Below are positions 10,953 to 21,053 of a DNA stretch of 21,053 bases, piece by piece. The notes under the pieces were generated by a model that did not search any database, was not told where the DNA came from, and saw only the letters and a list, made by a program, of their open reading frames with translations. The stretch's first letter is position 1. Each line of letters opens with the position of its first letter. Made by a program: the position numbers and the translations under genes. Source of the stretch: Zygophlyctis sp. KS116 (taxonomy: Eukaryota; Fungi; Chytridiomycota); NCBI GenBank assembly GCA_054661495.1, contig BAAFSQ010000173.1, positions 1-21,053 of the forward strand, read 5' to 3'.

Positions 10953-12092
10953 CTACATCCAATCCATTACAAGAGTTCCTTCATTGACTGTCGCTGATTC
11001 TTTGAGTTGTTGCTGACGTTGAAAAACTCGGACTTTACGCGAGACTGAAACTCCTTTTTGACAAGAGTATGAATAAAATAATTCCTGGTTTTCATCATCG
11101 TTACAACTTGTGTAGGATTTGTATTGGTCTTGGTATGAATTTTTTCTTCCCGCTGATAAAAGTTCATTAATAGGCTTAAGTAGATCAATACTTGCACCAA
11201 TTTCCATTGATGCTACGGTCCTACAAATTTGAGCTTGAGAAGAAACAGCTTCGTCATTATCTGATCGTCTTCTACTAAATGATCCTTCAATCCTCGACAA
11301 GAATGAGGACCTTAAACCTTTTGCGATTGTTTTAAGCTCAAATTGGGGTAATGGTGTACCTGATGCATATGACATTTCAACCAAGCTTTTAACTATCTCT
11401 TCAAAGACTCCATGGACTTTAACTGGATCGTACGTACTTTTTTAAGAAGAATTTCATCTTACCATGTTTCAAAATATTGTAGATTATTCAATTCTGCGAA
11501 TTCCGATCCCATTTCAGATAGAATTACTCTTTGACCAGGTGTGTCAGTCTTGTTACCAATTATAAACTTTTTTGGGACCTGATTATACAACTTTTTCGGA
11601 CACGAGTAATCCAGCCAATCGTCCAGGTAATCTAATCCATTTTGGTCGTTTACATCAAACACAAATATTGTGGCAGAAAGCCCTGTTAATAGCTTTGCAC
11701 TTTGTTTTAAATGTGCTTCACTTCCTGGAGCAACGTAAAATGTTACACGAATCTTTGTTTCGGCAACTGTCTTTGATTAACATTACAAAGTTACATATAT
11801 TTTGCTCTATGATTTTAGCGATTTAAAAGTTTACATAAATGTGAATTCCGATATCTTTAATTGAGCTTTTATTCATGTAATCGTTTGCCACCTTGCATTC
11901 CGTAGATACTAATGATTTCTTGCCAGCTCCCGGACCACCCAGAACAGCAACAGAAAGTGAAAATTTAACAGCAGTTTCTAAACTCTTTTGCTCTAATTGT
12001 GCTTTATCTCTCTGCTTAAAGTATGTTTCTCCTATATTATTAATTGGATCTTTAGATGGATTTGAAAGAGATTCAGTTGATGCTGTCAACAT
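10953..12092 (-). CDS. Divergent Rab/Ras-superfamily small GTPase-like protein with a long C-terminal tail, about 353 aa
   Basis: Motifs VAVLGGPGAGKKS (G1-like), IFVFDVND, IIGNKTD (G4), FAELNNLQYFETC (G5 region) and VHGVFEEIV. Introns 11834-11807, 11794-11771, 11462-11437. Confidence 0.8.
11795..11806 (-). other. 12-nt microexon (SKIY) of the Rab-like gene
   Basis: Flanked by GTA..AG introns of 28 and 24 nt. Including it restores canonical Rab spacing from the switch-I Gly to the G3 Gly. Confidence 0.75.
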
Positions 12093-12161
12093 TTAGGGTT
12101 CGGACGCGATTGATCTCAACTACTGAAAGACATCATCCATGAACAAAAAGAAATATAAATC

Positions 12162-13475
12162 TTAAAAACGAAGAATCTTTACATCTTTTACTATCAAAGC
12201 AGCCATAGAAACTCCAATTACGTAGAATAACAGAATTATAAAAGCAGAGAGATCGTGTTGATTGAGGGTATCCAAATTCAAATTTACTAATCCTGTAATT
12301 ACATTTGCAACCAAAAAAACAAACAACTGATTTGTATTCACCGCCTGAATAATTTGAGGAAAAGTTGATTCGTTTGGCAAAATCAAATCAATCATGACAA
12401 TAATAAAGATTGCAAGTATACAAAGACTATAAATCCATAATACATAATGCATATTTGCCATCCTACGTGAAACTTGTATTCCAGAATACCAAGCATTCCA
12501 ACTAAACACAGCAGATATTAATCCATTTCTTAATAGTACACGCAATACTGATTTGTAGTTTGAATCAACTTTAAACAGTTTATCTCCTAAATCTGCCGCT
12601 AAAAGAAATAATGAATAATACCCAAGTAAACTAAAAATCCCTTCTCTATTCATATTAAATAAATTTGTCCTGGGAGATGTAATAATCCAAGATTCTAATC
12701 CCAGTTTAAGAGCTGTTTCATAAATAAACAAGATTATAGATGCCAAGTAAACAAAATTAATCTTTAATAGTTTTGTCTGAACAGTAATCATGACTGGAAT
12801 GAGTCCCACTAAGCACAAATCAATTCAAAAAAAAGAATTACAAGTAAAGAAAAAGTTCCAATGAGTCCCATATTCTGTAACGTGTTCTTGATAACCTACA
12901 TACCAAGTAAGAAATATCCTTCCCAGTCCTATAACCAGCATAATCACGGTTGACTTTATTCCTTTCCATAATGATAAATCATTTTTACATGATAATAATT
13001 TTGAACCTGCAACTATTCCAGAAGAAAATACGTAAATTCCAACTCCTGCATCCATGATTGAATAACCAAAAGTTTCAGTCTTTGCAAACCTTCTTGGAAA
13101 AATAGGAAAATCAACAGCTAGAATTGCAATTATAGTAGCAAACTGTAAAATCCCTCTAAAAACACTGATAACATTGTACACATTTACCCTAGACCTACTT
13201 GTTGGCATAGTCCAATGTCTATAAAATACAAATAAGGAATATATAAAAAAAGACGCAAGTGATGCTAATAATTCAGTTGCCCAGTCAACAGTAACTAATG
13301 CGAGTAGAATCATTATCGGAATCCATAAACTTGCTATTTTACCATTTGCGAACAGAGAAATACATTTCCAACTACCGTAAACTAGACAATCTAAAATAAT
13401 GAACCAAACCACCTCTAGAGGATCAGATCCAACAAGATTTGAAACAAATGCTTCCTTGTCGTGTAGGTTTGACAT
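12162..13475 (-). CDS. GWT1: GPI inositol acyltransferase Gwt1/PIG-W, 2 exons, about 426 aa
   Basis: Motifs KEAFVSNL, ILAVDFPIFPRRFAKTETFG, YQEHVTEYGTHWNFFFT|LG, NREGIFSLLGY, VSRRMAN and NQLFVFLVANVITGLVN. Intron 12841-12809 (33 nt). Confidence 0.96.
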
Positions 13476-13510
13476 TTTCCACGTCGTGACTAGGGCTGCC
13501 CAAGGGTTTA
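13476..13510. promoter_or_regulatory. 35-nt divergent intergenic spacer, putative bidirectional promoter element
   Basis: Lies between the ATGs of GWT1 (-) and the phosphatase (+). It is GC-rich relative to its flanks and carries dyads CACG-T-CGTG and GGGC-T-GCCC. Confidence 0.5.
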
Positions 13511-14099
<589 letters not shown>

Positions 14100-14195
14100 T
14101 TTTGAATGGTTCTAATCCTTTTTTTTTAATTGTAATCAAGATTTTGAATAAAGTTTACGTCATTCAATAGTATTAAACAAATAAAAATCAAGTTT

Positions 14196-16408
14196 ATGGG
14201 TAAAAATAGAGGTGTAGATGATACATCCGAAGAATCTAGATTACAAAATACAGAATCTGTAAAGGATGTTTCTAAAAAGGTTGTCAAGATAGATGATGAT
14301 AAAAGTACAAAAAAGATTGAGCTCAAGTCCGAGACTCAGAAACAACAAGGAAAAAAGGAAAAGTCAATTGGAGATTCAGGAAATGATAATTCCAAGAGAA
14401 AAGGTTCGGCAAAAACTGAAGCGAATGTTTCGGACAAGATCAGGACTGACACTAAAGACAAGGAAACATCCGCTAAAAAATCGGACAAATCACTAGAAAA
14501 GGAAAAGTCTAAAGATAAATTGGACAAGTCAGAGTCTTCCAAAAAGGAGAAATCAGATACAAAAAAGAGTAGAGAGAAATTAAAAAGTAGAGATAAAAAA
14601 GGTACATTGACTAATCTATTCTAACAATTAGATGAAGTTCAGAGTCCTTCAAAAGTTGGTACACCCTCTCAAAAGAGGAAAGAATCTACTAAAAATGACG
14701 GAAATGTGGATAGAAAACACAGCGCCACTGCTAGAAAAGAATCGGCAAAAGATAAGCCAAATAGAGATAATGTCTCCAAAGATGACGCTTTACATTCCAA
14801 AAAATCATCATTAGAAAAACCTTTATCTGCAAAAGAAACAACTACGAAAAAGGAGGATGTCATTTTAGGAAAATCAGATAAAAAGTCAAAAGATGCGAAA
14901 ACAGAAAATTCAGAAAAAGTTTCTAAATCTGATAATCCGGAAAAAGCTGCCAAATTAAAAAGTAAAGATGAGGAACCGAAAGAAAGAGCAAAATCTGCAA
15001 AAAAGGATCGACAAAAGGAGACCAAATCTGATGCAGAAGAAAAATTAACAGAAGAAAAATCAAGACCATTGTCTCCAGAAGCTGATCCAAAAGAAGAATC
15101 ATTTACCAAAGATGAGAATGAAGTACATGATAAGGTCAAACCTGTTTTACCGATTGACGATGTTCCAAAAGAGGTACCCAAAAAAATACATCAAGCCAAG
15201 ATCAAGGTCAAACCAAAGAAAACAGTCACAAAAAAATCTATGTTGCCGCTTCCAAGAAGAAAAAGAAAAATCAAGCCAAATCGATTGCAGAAAATTATGC
15301 TCACCATTGGCAGGTTATCTGCATTTCTCAATGAAAACTCTGAGTCCGTATTTGATGGTCCTCCCGTACAGCGTCATAAGCCTGGATCAGACTCTGATGA
15401 TGTTGCATCTATGGAGCGTGAAGATCTTGAAAAATCTTATAAAATTCTAAAATCCATTATCGCTGATCTAGAGCGTAAGCTTGTAAGAGAAAAAGAAAGA
15501 GCAAAGGCAATGCCCAAAGTAATGACAAATGTACCTACTTCTTTAGAAGCTAATATGAATCTCCGTTATCAGTATCAAAAAGCATTGGATTTAGAGCGTG
15601 AGAATTATATAAAACTTGAACGAGAAAATCAAAAGCTAGCTGCACAGATGAGAGTAATAGAAATGAAAGCATGTAAGATATTTCCAATATTAACAAAATA
15701 GTCAAATTTAAAAAGGCACAGTCAATTGATGAACAATCTCAACATATCACAGAAGTCAATATTCTTAAGAACAAGATCAAAGAATTGGATTCGGAAAAAT
15801 CAAAAGAAAATGAGGACCATAATAGGACTCTTGCCCAACTAGAAAAGGTGATTAAAGAACGAGATAAGTTGGCAAATGAAATCGTTCAAATGCGCCGTCT
15901 TCAAATACATATTTCTCATCAACTTGCGGAAAGATATACAGCTAATTCAGAAGAAGCAAACTTTATATCTATGGGAGAAGAGGCAGATTTTCATACTGGT
16001 CGAGCTGCCAGTGCAAAGAGTGGAAAGAGTGTAAAGTTTGCCAAGGAAACTCATAAGACACCGGAACATTTAACAAGGAACACAGTAGCTTCTGAGAGTC
16101 GCAAAGTATCATTGAAGAAGAAACCAAATGGAACCACTGACGATGAGTATGCTGCTAAAGCCAAATTACAAGAAATTAAAGATAATAATACATCGAAAAA
16201 TATCAAGGCCGGCGGCAAAGTAGAGGATGATCCTGATTTTTATGAAAATGAATCTTTTGTTGAAGAATCAATAGCCGAGTCTGAAGAGGTGCAAGATGAA
16301 GATATTTCAGAAGCTGATCTTCGATCTCGCAGTTCTAGTCAAACTGGATTAAGCGAAAACTCTAATATCAATCAATCTTCTAATTCAATAGCCGCAGTTG
16401 GGAAATAG
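14196..16408 (+). CDS. Hypothetical K/E/S/D-rich low-complexity protein with a central coiled coil, 3 exons, about 717 aa
   Basis: Three ORFs are joined in frame by introns 14602-14631 (30 nt, CTAAC branch site) and 15673-15701 (29 nt). Heptad-like region from EDLEKSYKILK to HISHQLAERY. Confidence 0.75.
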
Positions 16409-16442
16409 TTGTGTTTAAGAAATTAAAAATCACCGGTCAGTA

Positions 16443-18746
16443 ATGGCACCCTTTATTCTTTATAATCTTCTCAAGAGTTATCAGTTTGAGAACTTTGAGC
16501 ATGAACCATCTGCGCTTGCAGTATCTGAGCAGGGCGATGAATGTATAACAATTGTGTTGACTTATTTTAGGCTATATCACCCTTGGGAACATTCAAGGGC
16601 AGCTTAATGTATTAAAGGTTACAGAAAAAGAAATTAATACCATTCTATCTGTAGATTTGCATGATAAGATACTTGCTGTACAAAACTTAACAAGTCCGAA
16701 CAGTTTATTAACTACCAATATCCTACTTCCTCACGCGATGATCAAACATGAAATGCAATCTGATCAAGGCAAGTCATTTCTAAATTTATGCCAGGCATGT
16801 ATTTTCTGTCCGAAGTGTTTTCTTTATCATGGGAGGCTGATGCATTTAATTTCGTTTCTTACTTTGAAAACATTTTCGTACAATGCTGGGATGGAAGTAT
16901 AAAAATTATACAGGAATCGGACACTCAAAACATCAAATCAGCCGTCATTCCTGATTTTACACTCCCTGGAATCATGAAAATATTTGGGGATATTATTGTC
17001 CTTTGTCAGGGAAATCATATTTTAGGTCTTGCAATGGATAAGTTAATATCCGGACATGTTGAATTTATAATTGTAAATTCTATAAATTAAAGTTTTACAG
17101 TGGAAATATTCGATAAGTGAAGAGATCGTTTGTATCGATACATGTGAAAAGGTAGAGCCGATAATCTACGTTATGGGTAAAATATTTTTATCAACTAACC
17201 ATAAAGGAAGTTATTATGTATATTTGATTAATGAGTCTGGATCTTGTATCCATCAATTTAAATTGAACTCTGAGTGTTATGCTGGACTTGTTTATAGTGT
17301 GAATCCTGGTAAGTTTCTATCCAATCAAAAATACACACATATGTAGCTGCTGATATGTAGAAGATAATTACCATTTTTTAGTTGCACAAAAGGGATATCT
17401 GTCCGTATATCAAGGCGAGTGCTTATTATGGCAGAGCAAGTCTGATCTAATTCCTGCCAGCATTAATCTTATTCCCTTTGGGTAAATATTGAATTCAAAT
17501 CAAACAATAGTGGGGTACGCAATTGTATATTGCAATTAAGCTTTAATGGGGAACTATCAGTTGATTGCATAGGTACTAGTAGAGCTCCTGACAAATTCGA
17601 TTACAATCTCCCCACAAATCGAGAAATAGCGTTATTAAAACAAGAGAAAACCAAAATTCAGGAAATAATCCATCAAGGGGACGGTACTCAATATATTGCT
17701 TATTTTAGGTTCTATATTCAAATTCAGCTTCAATTATAGTGATGATTCATTTATTTTTGAAGTTTTTAATCTAACTGAAGAATTAATCAGGGATATTAAA
17801 GTTGATTTCCTGATTTCACCTTCAAGCGGGACTTTAGATTCTGTGTACATAAGCAAAATAGGTATCATTACAGAATAGTTATTTTAGATTCAAAGAGCAA
17901 AGCCATGATTACCACGCCTTTAATTAAGACAGATTCATGTTTTCTGCTAACAATTATAGCATGTAATGAGAGTGGTAGGAATAAGTAAACTTGAATAATC
18001 ATTTAGTCTGTGGAATGCAAGATTTTTTTGTTCAATCTTCAAATATTCAAATGAATGACATTACTAACAAGGGAATTTTATCGGTTCTTTCTCTATATTT
18101 TACGCTCGTTGATGATCACATTCAAGCTAGGAAACAAGTTCGGGATGCTATTGCAAATGTAGAAAGGAAAAATAAACAATTTTGCGCAATTCAAAGGCGC
18201 ATATTCTCAAAGAAATCGCAAAATAATGCGGCATTAAGTCAGTTATTGGAAAGAACCTATGAATTGGTAAAATATAGGTGCATAATGATAACTCTTAGGT
18301 CTCTGATGCCGGTCGCAAAGTGCTAGATAAAACAGAAAAAGTGATCCTTGCGGGTAATAAACTCTCAGAAGGTACTCTCAAACTACATTCATCAATCCGG
18401 TATGAAACAAAAACTAAATCACCTAGAAAATTCTACAATCTAGATCCATATGATAATTGTTTATATGAATTAGAGAGTGTCTTATCACCCAATGTAAATA
18501 GTTTGTCAATTTATAGTGATTATGGATGGGAAGAACATACTCTAGCGTCTCTATTCTATTTAAAAGATTGGAGTCCTTATTTCCCACACAATATGAGTAT
18601 ATATTTAATCTTTAATACAAGGTCATACAAAGGAAAGAATGATAAAAAGTCCTTTGATGGAGTCTTCATTACTTCAAAATGAAATTCTTTTATACATATC
18701 CGATATATGTCACTCTATTGAAGACAATATACCATTATCCCACTAA
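16443..18746 (+). CDS. BBS9: BBSome subunit BBS9/PTHB1-like, 13 exons, about 647 aa
   Basis: Motifs IFVQCWDGSI, IPDFTLPG, LSVYQGECLLW, ILQLSFNGELSVDCIGT, KQFCAIQRRI, LSQLLERTY and YGWEE recall PTHB1 N- and C-terminal domains in the expected order. Introns 16543-16570, 16769-16794 (GC-AG), 17073-17100, 17177-17206, 17309-17360, 17482-17510, 17684-17708, 17862-17887, 17975-18006, 18267-18298, 18400-18426, 18597-18621. Confidence 0.82.
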
Positions 18747-19883
18747 TCACTTTGCTTAGGAGGCCCATTAACACTAATATGATCTCGCATTCTTCTAGCA
18801 AGAATATCTTCGACAGTTTCATGACTTCCTCCTATTGGCTTTTTATCGTATGAAAGATTTGGCTTATGAATAAGACTTTGTGGAGATATAAGAGTTGATT
18901 GATCGTTTGTATCTCTAGGTGCTGTTACAGATTTATTCATTATTGAATTTATAAGTGCATCGGTTAAAGGATGAGAATCGGAGACTAGAGGATTTCCTTG
19001 TGTCGCTATTTTAGAAGCCTGATCTGTCGCTGTCTGCCCTCTTTCTTGAGCAGTTCTAGATCTTAATTGTTTTCTTTCTGCCGCATGTGTTGAATATATA
19101 TTTAAGCTATTGATCTGCTTTTCCTTTTCATCAATCTTTTCATGTAATTTTGATATTTGTAGAGTTAAACTTTCAATCTGATGCCCCTGTTTATTAATGA
19201 TTGATTTGAGGTTTTTAGAATCTCGATCTTTTTCGGACTCTAATAATTTCTGTTTCTTTTGTAGTAATTCTAATTCATTTGTTAAATCTTGTAGTTTCTT
19301 GTTTAGAGATTCATTTTCATGTCTTAATTTTAGTACGTCTTGTCCTTCTTTTGACTGTATGACTGCATCTAAATCCTTGATTTGTTTTTTTAGACTAGTG
19401 ATTGTATTACTCTGTTTTTGTAGAGTCTTTTCGTTTTTAGTAGAGAGACTAAAGTATTTGGCCTTTTCGATTTTAACAATCTTTAGTTCTTCCGTGAGCG
19501 TATGAATCAATTTAGGCGCTAAACTCTTGTCTTTATCCAATTTCTTCAAAGCTTTTTCTTGCCGATAATTGACAATTTTAAGAGTTTTTAAATCTTGGGA
19601 ATACCGATCCATTAATGCCTTTTGAGAATCAATGATTGTAGTTAATCTTATAAATTCATCTGCTCCTTCGGTAAAAATTGGTTTTGAAGCTTTCGATAAT
19701 TGAGTCTTTTTAATGTTTAGAGAGGACTTTGAATCATAGATCTTTGATAATGAATTCTTTCTTTCTGATGCCTCACTGATTGGCGGAAGTGACATTCTAC
19801 GCTTTCCCAGTCTTTCGGAACTTTTGCAAAGGATATTTTCTCTTTCAGAATTATGATTTTCTATTATACTCCATTCCAATCAT
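18743..19883 (-). CDS. Lebercilin (LCA5)-domain coiled-coil protein, about 370 aa
   Basis: LKTLKIVNYRQEKALKKLD..APKLIHTLTEELK matches the lebercilin RQEKAL signature and is followed by a long coiled coil. The track ORF starts at TTG. An ATG at 19883 joins in frame via a 28-nt intron at 19869-19842. The start is tentative. Confidence 0.72.
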
Positions 19884-20135
19884 TTTTCTCAAAGATACAT
19901 TAAAAGGGATTAGTTGGTGAAAAATACTGTTTAAACCCAATAAAGTAGGTGAAAAACAGATAGTCTTTCTGTGCGTAGCTTCGTATCCAGTTTTACTATC
20001 AGCATCAGTAGTATAATTTAAGATTACCATTTCTTACACAACTAAATACAGGAATCTATTGTAATTGATTACGAATATACAGCCAAGTGACTGCGCCGTT
20101 TGGCTGCTGCGCCCTTTTCTGTTAACAAAAATAGA

Positions 20136-21053
20136 ATGGTACACAGAATTTCGCTTGCGACACAATTTATAGGAAACTATAGGCATTTGAAAAGAAACAT
20201 CAAAGCCTTACTGAAGAGCAGAGGAGTGGGCCATATTTTGCAGACGACCCAGGTGAATGATAACCAGAAAGTAACATCACTGTTTATGGAAGGCGAATCA
20301 ATAGATCTACATAATGTTAAGGCAGAACTTATTTCTAAATTGCTTTCTATTTCCCCTGGGATTTGCATTCAAGACTGGAAGGAAATGGCTTCGGACTCTC
20401 CTCTCTTTGGCTCTCAGATTGCTCCCACTCCTGGCTCTGTTTCAAGGGATTCTTCTGGCTTTGTGGAAGAACTACAAGAACCTTCAGCTGATCAAACTCA
20501 AAAGCCAGAACAGCAAAAATGGAATGAAGGCGTTGATTCTAGCTTAAGTAAGGTCGTCGATAAAATCCGAAGCGGTTGTCGAGTGGCCTATGAGATTCAG
20601 AGCTCTATTGAAAGCATCAAGGAAAAATTCATTCTCATCAGTTACAAATCAAACACTGTCCGTTTGAACATTGGTGGTTGCATTGGATGGTCTCAGCTAC
20701 TAAAAGTTATTCGAGAATGTAAAGAGCTCGACATCCATACCGAAATTCTAAAGCTATATTCACTAAATGGGTTGAAGAAAGTGTGTGAAATTGATTGGTT
20801 TGGTCTTAAAGCTGAAGGTCAGTATTATGTCGAAACTGAAGATGACTTTGTCCAAAAGTTAACAACAATGGAGGAGTTCTTTCAAAGGTTGAGGATTGAG
20901 AGAAAGCGACCAGAGTCAGACATAGAAAAGGTCAAGACAGTATTCAAAGAGCAGGCTATTCTCTTTGATAATTTGGTGGCCACTGGTGATTTGGCTTTGA
21001 CTGATGCTGAATTGAAAGATTATGGAATCACTCAAGGAGGGTTAAGAAAGGCT
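20136..21053 (+). CDS. Intronless hypothetical protein (at least 306 aa, 3' partial) with a SAM-like domain at the window edge
   Basis: Manual translation from ATG 20136 has no stop to the window end, which is probably why it is missing from the ORF track. It ends MEEFFQRL..VFKEQAILFDNL..LTDAELKDYGITQGGLRKA, a SAM-type pattern. Confidence 0.8.
   Translation, partial: MVHRISLATQFIGNYRHLKRNIKALLKSRGVGHILQTTQVNDNQKVTSLFMEGESIDLHNVKAELISKLLSISPGICIQDWKEMASDSPLFGSQIAPTPGSVSRDSSGFVEELQEPSADQTQKPEQQKWNEGVDSSLSKVVDKIRSGCRVAYEIQSSIESIKEKFILISYKSNTVRLNIGGCIGWSQLLKVIRECKELDIHTEILKLYSLNGLKKVCEIDWFGLKAEGQYYVETEDDFVQKLTTMEEFFQRLRIERKRPESDIEKVKTVFKEQAILFDNLVATGDLALTDAELKDYGITQGGLRKA

Noticed and set aside
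16409-16442. RFX X-box upstream of the ciliary genes
   Set aside because: No convincing match seen by eye upstream of BBS9 or the lebercilin-like gene.
17939-17959. Possible 21-nt in-frame intron with a GCTAAC..TAG end in BBS9
   Set aside because: The donor GTTTTC lacks the +3 A seen in all other introns, the length is below the observed minimum, and it is not needed for the frame.

Overview
AT-rich, extremely gene-dense eukaryotic DNA. It is most likely from a zoosporic (flagellated) fungus or close relative: it has a fungal-type Chd1 N-terminal motif plus the ciliary genes BBS9 and a lebercilin-domain gene. The ORF track is fragmented by tiny spliceosomal introns. I reconstructed 32 by hand (31 of 24-33 nt and one of 52 nt), and every spliced model has a length divisible by three. 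Gene order: possible partial gene at the left edge; class-I SAM methyltransferase overlapping an N-terminally short malonyl-CoA decarboxylase; CHD1; an orphan with an internal repeat; ERCC6/RAD26; SEC17; a degenerate Rab-like GTPase; GWT1/PIG-W; a PFA-DSP phosphatase; a charged coiled-coil protein; BBS9; a lebercilin-like gene; and an intronless SAM-domain ORF running off the right edge. Most notable: (1) a minimal, apparently length-governed splicing system with a 12-nt microexon, skipped proximal AGs, a GC donor and stopless 3n introns; (2) a methyltransferase/MCD overlap that one 31-nt GT-AG intron would turn into an in-frame fusion; (3) intergenic gaps of -4 to about 250 nt, including interlocked stop codons and a 35-nt divergent spacer. 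All family calls come from motif recognition, not database searches.
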